Source: Eledone cirrhosa (Eukaryota). Taken from it: a stretch of 64,000 nucleotides of DNA. The position numbers were made by a program, and so were the translations under genes. Where the stretch lies: positions 328,042,001-328,106,000 of the forward strand of contig OZ024741.1 in the NCBI GenBank assembly GCA_964016885.1. The letters are read 5' to 3'. This document shows, piece by piece, positions 1-16,784 of the stretch. Position 1 is the first letter of the stretch; each line of letters opens with the position of its first letter. A model generated the notes under the pieces. The model saw only the letters and a list, made by a program, of their open reading frames with translations. It was not told the DNA's origin and did no database searches.

Positions 1-31
1 ATTTATAAAGATGAATGTATACAGACAAACA

Positions 32-63
<32 letters not shown>

Positions 64-73
<10 letters not shown>

Positions 74-175
74 CGTATGTGTGTGTATATATATATATAT
101 ATATCTCAATCTATCGATCTATCTATCTATCTCTCTATATATCTATCTATCTATGTATCTCTCTCTGTATATATA

Positions 176-211
<36 letters not shown>

Positions 212-213
212 TA

Positions 214-262
<49 letters not shown>

Positions 263-283
263 TATATATACAGAGAGAGATAC

Positions 284-321
<38 letters not shown>

Positions 322-333
322 CGATAGATTGAG

Positions 334-375
<42 letters not shown>
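64..375. repeat. Fold-back (inverted) compound microsatellite (TG)n-(ATCT)n-(TA)n-(AGAT)n-(CA)n
   Basis: atatctcaatctatcgatct...atgtatctctctctgta (101-170) is mirrored by tacagagagagatacat...agatcgatagattgagatat (269-338), centred in a (TA)n array. Confidence 0.85.
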
Positions 376-377
<2 letters not shown>

Positions 378-1014
378 ATATAAATATTGAGATGTTTTTG
401 TATGTTGCGTTGAAGTTTCAATAGAATTATTTATTTCTAACTTTCATTTCTATGGACTATTGTGTAATACCGCAGCAAGCAATATGTTGGTCTATTTCTG
501 TGTGTGTTGATTCCTAACTTAGTAATTTTTATGATTCATCTAACGAAACTACTGAAAAAAATAAAACTATATAGCTAGTGCACGAACTAATACATGGCAT
601 TAGCTATTCTATCGAACATCATTATCCCCTCTTCAGTTCTCCGAAACCACTCTGTTATTGAATTTCAAACGTTGAAATAAGATATTGCGTGTCTTAAACC
701 CAACACCTCTCACTAGCTCAGTCAGTGTCTCAGTCAGGATGAACCAAGAAACGAAAGTCATTAAGCACGGAAAACTTACACAGTAAACAATCTTCAGTAC
801 GATCCATTAAGACAGCTTCTACGTGGTCGTAATACTTACAAGAAATAGCTCCATGCAATGAGATATAAACTCCTGAAATAAACGTAGGGGGGATAGAGAG
901 ATAGAAAGAGAGATAGATATAGAGAGAGTGGAACAGAGCTTGATAGAGAGAGAATGGGGGAGAAAGAGAGAAAGGCATAGAGTGGATGAATCAACACCAC
1001 TGCGGTAATGTTGC

Positions 1015-1300
1015 TATATTTTATCGACCCCCTTAAAGATGAAAAGTAAAGCTACCGTCGGCGAGATTTGAACTCCAACCGCAGAATATGTTCCCCGACA
1101 TTCTACCGATACAGTTAATCTAGCGCCCTAAATTTAATAATAATAATTGTTACTTATATAGTCACAAGGCCAGCAATTTGGAGGGAGGTGAAAATCGAGT
1201 AAATAGACCACAGTGCGTGACTGGTTCTTTATTTTATCGACCCCGTAAGGATGAAAGGAAAAGTTAACCTCGGCGGGATTTGAACTCAGAACGTAAAGAA
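1015..1300 (-). mobile_element. Two adjacent copies of the abundant tRNA-derived SINE family
   Basis: Recurring motif ttttatcgacccc...gatgaaa...cggcg(g/a)gatttgaactc; its reverse complement contains B-box-like gagttcaaatc; many copies in the window. Confidence 0.75.
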
Positions 1301-2026
1301 CTATTATTCTTGCTAGTGGTGGTTGTGATTTTTATACTGCTGTTGTTGTTTTTAGATTTATTCACCAATGAGAGACCATCTATATATTCATACATACAAT
1401 AGAATAATGTTGATTACGAGTTTGTGCAAAGTTCATATTGATTCCCATGATATTCACATTGTTAATGAAATTAAAATGCATGAAACGAGAATGGAATTAA
1501 GATCTTTGTCTCGAATCCCCGAGAGCTCATTGCGTATTCTTCGCTTTTCTATGCTTATTTATGGAATGACAATATCGATTAACATTCACGAGGTTTTGGG
1601 GAATATTTTCCCATCCTGGGAGATATATATTCGTGGAAAATAGAAAAGTATCTAAGCTACTAATGTATCCCTTTTTGTCACTCACTTCTCCAATGTAAGG
1701 TTTGGTAAGAATGGGCCACATTTCTCGAGCAGTCGGGCGCATAGGATGTCACTCATCAATAATCAAACGGCATTGCTAAAAATGTGAAGGTGATGTTGAA
1801 ATTAAACGAGCCATTCTGAAAGCTGAAGGAACTATATACGTCCCCCGGTACGCAGTTTGTCCGACAAGAATCTAACCGAATAGTAAGAATATATTGTAAG
1901 TAAAAATGTAGTCGTTTATCCTACTGATTAACGTTTGTATGCACAGTTGATTGGTATTTCTATACTAGACACATTATGAAATCATTGTATATATATATAT
2001 GTATATATATATGTGTGTTTGTGCGC

Positions 2027-2086
<60 letters not shown>

Positions 2087-2547
2087 CTGTGTGTGTCTGT
2101 GTCTGTGTGTTTCAGCGCGCTTGTGTGTGTATTAATATTTCATTTTCATCTATACAGCTAAATGTGTGAAATTACGATTTAGTTTCCCGCCCGTGGAAGG
2201 AAATACGAACGAAGTTAAAACAGTTCAGTTGTGAATAGACAACGTAGAGAGAATTCAAAATTTCCACCTACACATAACATTCGCTGTTCTACTGATCCCG
2301 CGATCACCTATGCATCTCCATTATTTTGTGTTAATAGCTATCAAAATTGCATAGAAGGAAAACCTATTTACTTTAGAATAATATTTTTAAAAAACGGTGA
2401 CGATATTCCAAAGGAAGACATTAAAAATATCAATATGTTTTTGAAGGTTATAATTCCCATGTTCATGAAATTGCCTTTTTATAGTTAAGTATTAGCCAAG
2501 GACTTATAATTCACTGGATTAATGGATAATGGAAAATATATGATTAA

Positions 2548-2560
2548 ACACACACACACA

Positions 2561-2618
<58 letters not shown>

Positions 2619-2660
2619 TATATATATGTATATATATATATATATATAAGTATATATATG

Positions 2661-2743
<83 letters not shown>

Positions 2744-2786
2744 ATTTATATATATATATATTTATATATATATATATATAAATATT

Positions 2787-2819
<33 letters not shown>

Positions 2820-2830
2820 ATTTATATATA

Positions 2831-2884
<54 letters not shown>

Positions 2885-2998
2885 TATATGTGTATATATA
2901 TGCATATATATATATATATATATGTATATATATGCATATATATATATATATATGTACATATATATATGTATATATATATATATATGTATATATATATG

Positions 2999-3031
<33 letters not shown>

Positions 3032-3035
3032 GTAT

Positions 3036-3113
<78 letters not shown>

Positions 3114-3142
3114 TTATATTAATATATATTTATATATATATA
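2548..3142. repeat. Long interrupted (TA)n microsatellite (representative; similar arrays at 7063, 11790, 13767, 19880, 27040, 33520, 38395, 62060 and elsewhere)
   Basis: Direct reading of the sequence. Confidence 0.98.
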
Positions 3143-3468
3143 ATTAATGTTATATGTTTTGCTTTCTCTGCATCTCAGGAGTATCTATATATTTATTTTT
3201 AGTAGACAAATAAACCTTTAAATAATTCTATAGCTGAATGGGTGCAATAAACCTTCAACCAAAAGATAGATATTTACAATATATGAATGCTATTTTAGTT
3301 TAATTATCAAACGCATTGAATGCACGAAAGCAAAGATAATTAATATAAATTAGAGAAATAATGAAAAAAAGTTGAACATTTGTAAGTGTCTTTGTGTGTG
3401 TATCTGCGTTGATGTGTGTGATTCTGGATGTTTCTCTATGTGTACATGCATACAATATATATACGCAA

Positions 3469-3539
<71 letters not shown>

Positions 3540-3543
3540 ATAC

Positions 3544-3575
<32 letters not shown>

Positions 3576-5499
3576 AATGGGACTATATCATTTCGATCTG
3601 ACACGATAGTGTACACGCGGCAAAACGATACATAGGCACCTAAAAATAATTAGTCTTTTCCAAGAAATATATGACAAGTGAAGCTTTAATTGCTTTTGTA
3701 TTTCAGTTTACTAAATGAAATACGAGTGTAGAAGTTAACTAAGAATTATTAAATGGGATAACCTACAAATGTTTTCCCTGTATAAGATACACCACTTTGA
3801 CCTCATTTTTTAAATCAAATTCCGTTTGCGGAATATACAGTGGAAGTACGAAATAGAAACATCATGATATGGAATGAATCTACGTCATTTGTGACAATAA
3901 ATGTTTAATATCTTTGTTCAACATAATGGCTTGCCCTTGGAATGAACTTCTAAATGATTGTGCATTAAAAAAATACGTGTGCCTGAAACGTAAGTATCAT
4001 GCAGATTTTCCCTGTCACAGTGTGTGACGAGTCTGATCGTTTGAATTACAGACACTGTCTATAATCGTTATGCGGTACATAATAGAGAGGGTGTTATTTA
4101 ACTCTATTATGGTTATATTAAAATCTATCGTTCTATTACTAAAATATGCGGTCAACACTCCTTCTGAATTAAATTATTCCTCAAGCAAGAGGAGAGAATA
4201 TATGGATTTTTACATAGGAAAGAGGTAATATAGATTAACACTCTAATAAGATTTCCCAAACGAATTATAAACGTAAACAATAATGTGTAGCCTAGGTTAG
4301 AGCCTGTTTCACGATTGTGCCTCACTAAGATATAGTTTCTTCTGTTTTTTTTTTTTTGTTGCTGTTGTTGTAGGGGGTTGGGAGTTGGGGGAGAAATTAT
4401 AGTTTATATAGTAAATATCCGTAAATTTTTTACATACTTTCGGAGTGAAATTCAAGAAAATTTCCGCCTAATAATGAATGAACATAAATATTCTTTATGG
4501 TTTTAGTAGTAGTAGTAGTAGTAGTAGTAGTGATGGTGGTAACAGTAATTGTAATCCTCATAATTTTTTTCTGCTATCTTATAATCTCTCTTGCTCCAGC
4601 CTATCACCTTTATTTCATTTTGTCATCCCCACCACCACAATCACTATCATTACTACCAACATCATTGCAAGACGTATCATACTCTATATGGAGCATTTGT
4701 AGTGGCTGCTGTACATCACCAACATCTTGAAGAAAGTAAAATTTAATATACCTCCAATGACACAGCACTGTTTTCAAACATGGCATGCCGTTGCCATGGG
4801 GCGGCCAGCACATGGATCCCCATTTGCTCATAATACAGAGAGATGGGGAGGGCGAGAGAGATGGAGGCGATGATAGTGGGAGTTTGGCTCCTCCGTGTTC
4901 CCATACATTTATCAAATCTACGTTGCTGTTGATACTTAAATATCCGACCATTATTCCTCCATTAATATATTAGTAAGATCACATTGAATAATATAGTGTA
5001 CAATATCACTGATTTAAACCTGGAATGATTAACGCTCCAGAGATTCTTAATAATGAACCTGATCAGATATGATTGACCTAGGTCTAAACAGCATCAATAA
5101 TAACAGCTTATATTAAAGTAAAAATTACCAAATATTTCCCATATCCAATATTCGTTTTCATTTACCCTGTATCACATTGCCAGCGCCTTATCACCTATGA
5201 ATTTACTCAAAGATGGTTCACACAGTCCCATAGAGGATATTAACGTAAGTCATTTCTAAATGGCAAAGCTCTCCAATAATGTGTAGCAATGCCTAGGCTG
5301 CGATAATATCTGTTTACCAAAGCCAACTTTCCTGTATATGATACTACCGAATTTCGTAACCATTGTCTTATAGCATAGTATAGATGGTGTTCATTACTAG
5401 AATATAGAGATAATATTAATTTCTCTCATGCCTAAACCCACGTACTTATTATACCAAACATGTTTTATTTTTCCTCTAAATAACATTTTCGATAAAGTT

Positions 5500-6590
5500 C
5501 ATAAATGGAAAAATACATTGGTATATATATTTTCTTTTTTGTATTTAACGTTTAGACAGTATGGGAAAATCACTAACAATATATCAATTTAGTCTAAGCA
5601 AATTTTCACGCAAGATGTGCCTATAAAACACAAACGGAGCAATTGAGTTGATTAAATGTTGGTGTTTAGCACATTATATTATCTTCTGAAGAAAAGCGAT
5701 TTGATGGCAGACTGAGAAAAGAGCACGCATTACTTCTTCCACAAATGGACATATTTGAAAATCTATGAAAACATTAAAAGTCTTTATGAAATATTTACTT
5801 TAATCCTTACAAAGTGCAACGAACGAGAGCAAGATAAATACTTGGAAGTAATATTTCTTAATATGTGAATAGTTTATTTATAGATAAAGGGGAACAGTTA
5901 ATCTTCCGTTGTCGTATTATTAAATCTGTGTTCAGTTACTTCAATGTCTATACAACAGGACGAATGATAAGTACACGGCAAATAATGAGATTATAAGATA
6001 AGTGGTTAAAAGTGAATTTGCCTGCAAAGACAAATGCGGTTTCAAAACAGTATAATACCGTATACGCTAACGCAATATATTGAGTTCAAAATCTATATTA
6101 GTTAGTTAACTCCCATAGTGAATTCTGAAAATCTATAAGCTGAATATTAAAATAGGTTTTGTTCACATTTTTTCTACTTAAATAATGAACATGGCCGTTC
6201 TTAGTTGATGCAAATTAAGATTTTCTCTTTAGTCCTTCTGGGTCCTTCTGCCAATATAAACATTATAGCATCTGTCGGTACGACAATATCATATATATAT
6301 ATGTGGGAGTAAGGTATATAAGATCGATAGATGCAATGGTTTCTAATGCCAGATTGTGTAAGTTAATAAAACGCTCGTAAAATGTGTAGATCTTATGCCT
6401 AATTCTATGAGTTGGTCCTGCTGGGACATAGCTATGTACTGAAATGTGGATTGGCATATTTGAGAATAAAATCCCATATTTATTACCTCTCATCACTTTG
6501 AAATACTTGTGATAAGATGGTAAATTCTCAACAATACAACTAATTATCAAGAACACGTACAATCAAATACACAAGAACAATAGATATATT
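5500..6590 (-). pseudogene. Possible heavily decayed rhodopsin-like GPCR
   Basis: Ordered remnants on the minus strand in mixed frames: hydrophobic LYVFLIISCIVENL (TM1 GN-like, ~6530), ASIDL (DRY-like, ~6325), IMC*TPTF (CWxP-like, ~5670), YCLNVKYKKE (TM7/helix 8-like, ~5550). Spacing is only partly canonical. Confidence 0.22.
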
Positions 6591-6919
6591 TACAGATTGT
6601 TCCTTTTGAATTCAAAAGTGGAATGGAATACATTAATACAACATAATATGGTCCGACTAATTACTAATCCGCTACCAAATCTTTCCGTCAATGCCAATGA
6701 AGACACTGAAAGATGTTATTCACTTGTGTCAACTACCCAGCAACATCATGTTTGTTTCGTCCCATGCCACATTATTATTTTAAAGTCTGAAACAATGATT
6801 ATTTTAAAGTCTAAAATCAAAGCGAATAATAATCAGAAATTAGTTAAGAGTCGCTGGCTAAACAGATCATATGAAGAAGGCGGTGTAAGTGAAAAGTGTC
6901 AGCATAGTTATTAGCACCA

Positions 6920-7059
6920 TTGACGTTTAGTTACGGCCCTTGCCATTCTGAGTTCAAATCCCGTCGAGGTTAACTTTACCTTTCATCCTTACGGGGTCGA
7001 TAAAATAAAGTACCAGTAATGCATGGGATAATTGCTGGCCTTGTGCCAAAAGGAGAAAC

Positions 7060-7062
<3 letters not shown>
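6920..7062 (+). mobile_element. tRNA-derived SINE (same family as 1015-1300)
   Basis: ctgagttcaaatcccgtcgaggttaactttacctttcatccttacggggtcgataaaataaagtaccag. Confidence 0.8.
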
Positions 7063-7141
<79 letters not shown>

Positions 7142-7204
7142 ATACATAAATATATATATATATATATATTCATTCAAAATAGGGTTGACACAAGACATAA
7201 ACAC

Positions 7205-7240
<36 letters not shown>

Positions 7241-7354
7241 GTTCATGTAGAGAAATTCGCTGACATAAAAACGCAGGATCTGATAGGTGGAATAACAGCA
7301 TCTTTTACACAACTGGTTTCATATATTTCAAGTATTTCTATAGACAGCCTCATT

Positions 7355-7737
7355 GGCATGGAGCGTCGGCGGCCCGTCTGGGGAGGGAACCCCGCGAAGT
7401 TGGGTGGCTTTTGCAGCGGGTGTCACTGGCTATCGTCTGGGGAAATATTTTGCCGCCTTGTCCGCGGGGATAAGCACTCCTGTCCCCTTTCCCTAGGCTC
7501 AATGCCCAAACACCCTCATCCCCTACCCCCTCTCTTCTGCGATACCAGAGCTCTTGCCTTCCCCGCCCTTTCCTGTTCTTTTTCTTCTTTCTTTCTCACT
7601 TCTTTTTTCTATATTTCCCAATTCTCTCTTTCCTTTTTGTTCCCATTTTTAATTTTTTCTTACTAAATAAGGTTTGTTTTTTGCTTTTGAATAAATTCAT
7701 TTATGTGTAATCTTTTACAACATCAAATAAAAAAAAT
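7355..7737 (+). mobile_element. Probable LINE 3' UTR fragment (a related inverted piece lies at about 7880-8040)
   Basis: GC-rich head, then a pyrimidine tract, ending tgtaatcttttacaacatcaaataaaaaaaa; motif ggaaccccgc is shared in reverse at ~8026. Confidence 0.35.
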
Positions 7738-8562
7738 TCAAGTGTTGTATACAAGGGAATAGTCGCTTCTTCTATGCAACGCAAAGAGAGTTTATCGTTG
7801 GTATACCTATAAATTTATGAAACCTACAGAAAAATAAAGCCGCATTGAACAGGAATATAAATGCCATAAATGGAAGGAAAAGAAGGGTAAGAACCAGGAC
7901 TACTGGACACAGCAAGAAAGAAAGGAGAAAGGAGAGAGAGTGACAGACTCAGCACCTAGGTCAGAGCGGTGTTTCGGTTGCGCCCAGCAGGCAAACATGC
8001 CCTACTGCAACAGCCACCCCACCTAGCGGGGTTCCTTCCTCATACAGTCTACATTCGATCCGATTTTACGGAGGAGATCAGCACTACACAACGGATTAAA
8101 TATTTCATACAACAACAGTGACATCAACAACGTATGCAATGTATCATATACACTGGCAAAAACATGTAAACAAGCACATGTGAACACAGACACATATACA
8201 CATAATCATACATAAGACATCAAGAAAGTGCGTTGAGCGTCCATAGGTTCTAACGAGGAATAGCTTAACCATGAAATTAAACAAGCGAGTTCCTGGGCGT
8301 TTTAATGACCTTTGTGTGCGCTTAAAACTGATCCCAGGATGATTCAGTGAAACACAGTGGGCAACAGGTTGAATTACAAAGAGAACTAATACATACTTCT
8401 CATTGGATTAGAGAGACGTAAAATATATTAAATTGATCGAGGATGTGGAGCCTGCCCTGAGTCATGGACGATGATACGATTATGAACCGATAACCCTAAC
8501 GGCAGAACTATGTGACTTTCCTCTTAACACATTCATACGCACATCGATGCAAACCAGGTGTA

Positions 8563-8768
8563 TACGACGGTGAGCTGACAAGTTCGTAGGCTGACTGAGA
8601 AGGAGCGACGCTGGAGGTGTAAAAGTTTGCATGCAATAATTTCAACTCCATTTATTAATAACTGCATTGTTCCTTTCGAGGTATTAGCTTGAAAAATAAA
8701 CTAGTTTGCTCATTCCAAGGTCAGCCTCTGGAATCTGCCGTCTGTGAACTTTTCAGTCGGCCCATGTA
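8563..8768. mobile_element. Tc1/mariner-like MITE
   Basis: TA-flanked imperfect terminal inverted repeats tacgacggtgagctgacaagttc / gaacttttcagtcggcccatgta. Confidence 0.55.
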
Positions 8769-9363
8769 AATATATGTACATATATATACGTATATAGTTC
8801 AGTAAATACTTATTGATGTTTTCATATTGTGCTTGCTTAGCTACTGAATCACTTGTGCATGTAGACCATGCTCTAAAATCATAAGAGCCACTAGTACATC
8901 GTGTACATACAAAAGAAGCACGCATACACATGTTAACTCAAACACATGTATATGTGTGTGCGTGTGTGTGTGTGTATGTGTGTATGTGTGTATGTGTGTA
9001 TGTGTGTGTATGTGTGTGCATGTGTGTGTGCGTGTGTGTGTGTGTGTGTGTGCCCACGCGCGCATAAGTACGAGAATTGTCCATTGAAAACCTTTTGTGA
9101 AATGAATGATGTCATATCCATGATGAATAACAATCAATATGTGAAATAATAAGAAAATCGTTCTTTTGCCTTTGTCAGCTGTAAGAAGCCAATATATGGC
9201 TTGGCATCTTCTAATGGACAGAAAACGCAATAAAAGAAAGTATACAGCACATCACAGTTAAGTGCAATACTGGATGAAGAGGTAATAATTGTAATAATAA
9301 TAATAGTTTGTGATTTAGCCACAAGGCCAACAATTTCGGGGGAAAGGAAAGGCGATTAAAACT

Positions 9364-9423
<60 letters not shown>

Positions 9424-9465
9424 ATAGCAGTGGTAGCAGCAGCAGTAGTAACAACAACAACAACA
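9364..9465. repeat. (GTA)n grading into (GCA)/(ACA)n trinucleotide microsatellite
   Basis: Direct reading. Confidence 0.95.
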
Positions 9466-9861
9466 CCGTCAACATAAATAGAATTCAAACAACCATCATC
9501 GATTTAGACAACTGATATTTCAATACCTGTATCAACGATACAGCCTACTTGTATAATAACATTGAAAGGAGTTGAGCATTCCGCAAAGAATGCATAATAC
9601 TTTGCATAATACTGAGGGTGACAGTTTGTGACGAAACTCAACCTTAGATTTATATGTACATTCCAGTAGAGACAATCAAAACCGCATCTTCCTATCAAAT
9701 CTCATCTATAATTTGCGGGGCATCCCTAGGCTGTGATAAAAGACACATGCTCGAAGTACAAGATAACACTTGGCATAGCTATAGCTTAGGGTCCCACACT
9801 TTGAGTTTTTAAAATATATTCTTATTTCAACATTAATTTGTGTTATTTGACACAGGCTCAT

Positions 9862-9957
<96 letters not shown>

Positions 9958-9989
9958 TCCATATTTCTTTACTTATTCTTTATTATTAA

Positions 9990-10185
9990 CATTTAGGCAC
10001 AAGGTCAATAATTTTGGAGGAAGGGAAAGTCGACTAAATCGAACCAGTGCATTACTGGTACTCTATTTTATCGACCCCGATAGGATGAAAGGCAAATCTA
10101 ACCTTGACAGGATTTGAACTCAGCTCGTAAAGGGCCGTAAAGCATGTTGTCCGATCCTCGACCGATAATTCCAATCCACCGCCCT
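9990..10185 (-). mobile_element. tRNA-derived SINE
   Basis: tttatcgaccccgataggatgaaaggcaaatctaaccttgacaggatttgaactcag. Confidence 0.8.
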
Positions 10186-10245
10186 TTTATCAACATTAAT
10201 ATTAAAAAATAACAGTTCGAGAGAAAGGCCTCTGCTACAATCCCT

Positions 10246-12131
<1,886 letters not shown>

Positions 12132-12580
12132 ATTTACATGTAGATTTGTGTGAGTGTGTAATGGTGTGTGTGTAAGTACAGTTGATATGTCTGCTCACAT
12201 ACGCCAGTATACATATAGTTAATTATATATGTGTCTTTCTGTGTGGCTTATCCAATGCATTAATTGGTAATGTATATTGAGTTATATTGAAAATATCACG
12301 TTAGCACTTTAATATGATCCCAAAGGTTCCACACAGGATTCATCTCAAATTCGACATTTGCACATTTGGTACACTTATATCTAATAAAATTTTACGTGTT
12401 TACCGACACTTTATTTCACTAGAAATATGATATCTGAATTGGATAAAACTTGTAAAGCCATTATTCAACATATTTTTCCATTCTTTCAGGAATGTAGGGT
12501 GCAAATAGTATTATAATATATGAGAATTATATTCATTTGCGTGTGTGTGCATATGTACACACATATATATATATATATAT

Positions 12581-12830
12581 ATTTATTAAAATAACAGATT
12601 AAAATTTAAGCAAAGAATCGGTGCTTTCACCCTTAACGGGATCTTCTGAAACTAACAAAGTCAATCTGTTAACGCAGAAGTGAATATTTCAATAAACGTT
12701 GCAACCGGGTGGAAGACAGGAAGACGATACTTTGGTTCGTGGAAACCTACGGTTCTTATATATTTGATATATATTTATCCTTATCGAGCCCTCTTTGGAT
12801 TTTAAACTTCAAATTTATTATTATTACTAT
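12581..12830. mobile_element. Non-coding repeat family (copies at 27548-27755 and 61492-62059), here split into two non-overlapping, oppositely oriented halves
   Basis: 12581-12745 matches 61587-61751; 12746-12830 is the reverse complement of about 61492-61579. Confidence 0.85.
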
Positions 12831-12838
12831 ATATATAT

Positions 12839-13514
12839 AAGTTAATTTTATAATTTTCTTATTTTACGTCTCTCATATTATTGTTCTGCAACCCCATGCA
12901 TTGAACCACATTGTTAATAAGACAAAACCTATATATTTGCTAGCATTGATATGCATCTGTGTGTATATAAATGTTACTAGATATAAATTCCTTATAATTA
13001 TCTCCAATTCATTTGTCGAGCAATATTTGGCCATGACTGCTACTACGGTAGTAAGCTGGCCGCTGTCTTAATAACCACCCGCTTTCCACTGATTGACTTC
13101 GATGTCACGTGATTGATTCTTTTTGAATTTGCCACAGACGTAGAGGCAGTGATTTTCTCAATGGCTTGGAATCCAGTCCACGCTTCGCTATTTCCATTCC
13201 ACGGAATTATTTTTTTAATAAGTTTCCAGTGTCCTCGCTATGCCTGGAGACCTATACGGAAAAAGACTTTCCTGATGACGGAATGATTTTCAATATGTTT
13301 CTTCGGAAAATATATTTACTCCATTCCAGAAACTAATTAGTTGGAAGTGATTTTTTAGTAAGTAAGTTAATTTTATCATTTTCTTATTTTACGTCTCTCA
13401 TATTATTGTTCTGCAACCCCATGCATTGAACCACATTGTTAATAAGACAAAACCTATATATTTGCTAGCATTGATATGCATCTGTGTGTATATAAATGTT
13501 ACTAGATATAAATT

Positions 13515-13521
<7 letters not shown>
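12839..13521 (+). mobile_element. Retrozyme-like element: 525-nt unit with a 158-nt terminal direct repeat and one hammerhead
   Basis: 12839-12996 repeats at 13364-13521 (offset 525); (TA)n on both sides. Confidence 0.88.
13266..13348 (+). ncRNA. Type I hammerhead ribozyme
   Basis: ACTTTC-CTGATGA-cGGAATG..CATTCCa-GAAA-CTAATTAG-TT-GGAAGT; stem I 6 bp, palindromic stem III ACTAATTAGT, predicted cut after 13342. Confidence 0.8.
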
Positions 13522-13573
<52 letters not shown>

Positions 13574-13576
<3 letters not shown>

Positions 13577-13614
13577 CGGTGACAGCCATCCTTGGCAGTG
13601 ACCTCTTCAGGAGG
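13574..13614 (-). ncRNA. Truncated hammerhead (stem III and cleavage site lost)
   Basis: Minus strand: CTGAAGA-GGT..GCCA agga TGGC..ACC-GAAA, then an A run and (TA)n. Confidence 0.55.
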
Positions 13615-13762
13615 TCCGAATTGGTGCGGTAGAGACGGGTACACATGTTGTTGAGGTGTTTAACTCCGTCAATACTCCGATATGCCCAGTTCCCGGTTGG
13701 GTTGTTATTTCTCTGAGGAACTGGAATCATATCTGTCGGTAAACAACCAACATATACTCAAA

Positions 13763-13872
<110 letters not shown>

Positions 13873-15474
13873 TATAATATATATATATATATAATATATA
13901 TATATATATAATATATATATATATATATAATATATATATATATATGTTATATATATATATATAATATATATATATATATGTTATATATATATATATAAAC
14001 ATATAATGTTTACGATTTGTGTGCGTATGTGTGTGTATGTGTGTGTATGTGTGTGTGCGTCTGTGTGTGAGTGGGTGTGAGCATGTGTGTGTATATATGC
14101 ATATAGTAATAAAAAAAACTGTGTATATATATGAAAGTGTTTAGAGCAATATGTCCGTGGGTCGAATTATCTATAATCAGTTACAAGAGGGACATTACGC
14201 TGATACGTAATTTCGTTGGTTTTAACACGCATACATACTGTCTGCCATATTGTCATGGAATTTATTACGGGAAGAATTCTAAAGCTAGGGGCAGTGAACT
14301 CAAAAAATCTCAATTCATTAATTAAACAATTTATGGTTAAAGTATCTATAATTCTAACAAGAAAAAGAGAAGTAACTTGTGTGAAGAGAACGTGTAAGTT
14401 GCATAGGATTACTCGAATGCTTGTTTCGTCTAGACCATTCCCACCGAAAGAACTCTGATTCGTGTGGACAACGATTGAAATAATCCAACCTTGTATTTCA
14501 AGACAGTTATGAATGTATCTATCACATTTCGGTAGTATATGAAATGTACGTTTACGCTGAGTTACGGTTGCGTAGATGTTTCCAGTTTCCTCCGTTTTAT
14601 GGAGAGCATATGTCATTTTCTTTGTGGTTCCACACGTGGTTGGCTAGTTTAATGGTGATCTTCTTGTCAGTGGTATTCTTGTGCAACTGATGACGTTTGC
14701 ACACCTAATGCCCTGTTATGTGAAGAGACCGGTTAGTTGACGATGTATGTACATGATATTTATTTTTAGGATTGATTTTTCAAAGTCGCTATAAATGGAG
14801 CAAGAAAAGCAGTTTGACAAACCGAACAAAAGAATAATTTACACATTTGACCATATATTCAAAGATATTTCGTAGCTAGTATCCATTTAAAAAAAGAAGT
14901 GGAGTGTGATGCTGATGGTAAACTGAGCTTTTCTCATACTCAATAAAGAAAATCCTTATTTCATATATATAATTCATATCATTAATCATCAAACTTCGTG
15001 TTCTTCTATGGTCATTCATGAAGGAAATGTAATTTGTGAATCAATGCGGTGAAGCTTACGGCTTTGTGTGAATAAGAGGTAAAACTTCAAAGTCTTTTCC
15101 TCTTTACAAACTACAAAATCAAATACTTATTTTTCATTACTTTGCGGCAAAAATGACATATCTGTACAAAATAATGAGACTATGAGATTTTATACAATAT
15201 CCAATTGACAGTAACCACAACGAAAAGTTCTGCCAATAATATAAAGTATTAGCCTTTATTTTTATTATATAGCCACTTGGTTATAATTAAGTTAAAACTC
15301 TTCGACTTGTCATTTTGAATCACATTTCCCCTTTTATTTAGACATTAATGTAGATTTAGCTCAGTGCAGTTACTGCTGATATAGCTTTCTTCAAACGTTG
15401 GTCAGTCTCTCGGCTTTGTATTATTAATTTTTATATCATAAAAAAATGTCTTTCTTCCAACATCAAATAATTAT

Positions 15475-15541
<67 letters not shown>

Positions 15542-16784
15542 CATACACATATATATATTAATACATACACATTCATACAAATACACACACACATATACAT
15601 TTATATAATGTAGATATATTTATATACACAAATATACACACGCGTGTATTTATTAGTAGTAGCACAAATACAAAGCATAATTCAAAATAGAGGCGTATAA
15701 GGTAACATATACAATATGCTTATGCTTAACAAACATACCTAACCTTGCTGTGAGTGTGTTAAGCTGAGTTCCAATTACAGCTACCTCAGTAACTATGAGA
15801 GACTGTTAAATATTAGTTTTTCAGGGTTGTTAATCATTCATAGTAGATGGTTGCTCACTCGGTACTGATGGAGAGAAGCCGATTTGTCTTATATATTTAT
15901 TTTGCTAATTAAATTGATAAGGTCTAGTGATGTTATGGTAGGCAGCGTAGGAGAGGGTCTATGCCACATATCCTTTCCCGGGACTCTGTTACAGATGGAT
16001 GGAGTAAAGAATGTATCATTGAACAGGAGGCCCGATTTCACCGTTCGCAGGAGAGTGGAATCTACTAAACAACACAAATATCAGCTGGTTTAAAGATGTA
16101 TTATTTCAATCTTACACATACTATGTCTGAAACAGTATTTAATGATTGTGGACGTGGTATGAGCGAATGGACAGGTGTCTTGTACCATTATTTGGAGTTG
16201 ACCCAAAGTTTATGAGTGTAATTGTTTAGGCGGCAAGGATTTGGAAATATGCCGGATGGAGTGAGAATAAAGTACGAATGAAGTAACATATACTTTATTG
16301 ATGTTTATAATAGTAAAAACAATTTAATAGAAATAGAAAAAAATAAATTGAGAACAAAGCATGGAGGTAAAATACGAAAATATAAAAACGGAAAATTATC
16401 CTCGAACTGGAAATATAGCATGACTGCTTGCAACAGAGAGACTTTTGCTAAAGTCAAAATCATGCTGGTTCTACACCATACGCCTACCAACATATTTTTG
16501 TTATTGTAATCCAGAATGTACATTATCTGAAAATATACCGGAATGACTATAACTGGAGAGATTTGTACAGAGAACGTGTCAGCATGATCTCCGCTTATCT
16601 GTAACTAAAAATAAACATAATAACGAGGACATCAGCAACAACAAAAAAACAACGAAAACAGTATAAGGAACAAGAACAACCAACACAAGTAATCTATATT
16701 TCCTGACCTTACATGTATAAAGATACATTACTAAGAATTTCATACCCGACGACAAAAACAACATCAACAACAACGACGAGCATA

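Noticed and set aside
11-3635. Many [12 protein letters not shown] ORFs here and throughout the window
   Set aside because: They are translations of stop-free dinucleotide microsatellites
7285-7360. Minus-strand CCAATGA..GAAACCAGTT as a hammerhead
   Set aside because: Multiple core mismatches and no stem II closure
15750-16300. CR1/L2-like LINE remnant
   Set aside because: Only a faint NYERL-like motif; too weak to call without a search
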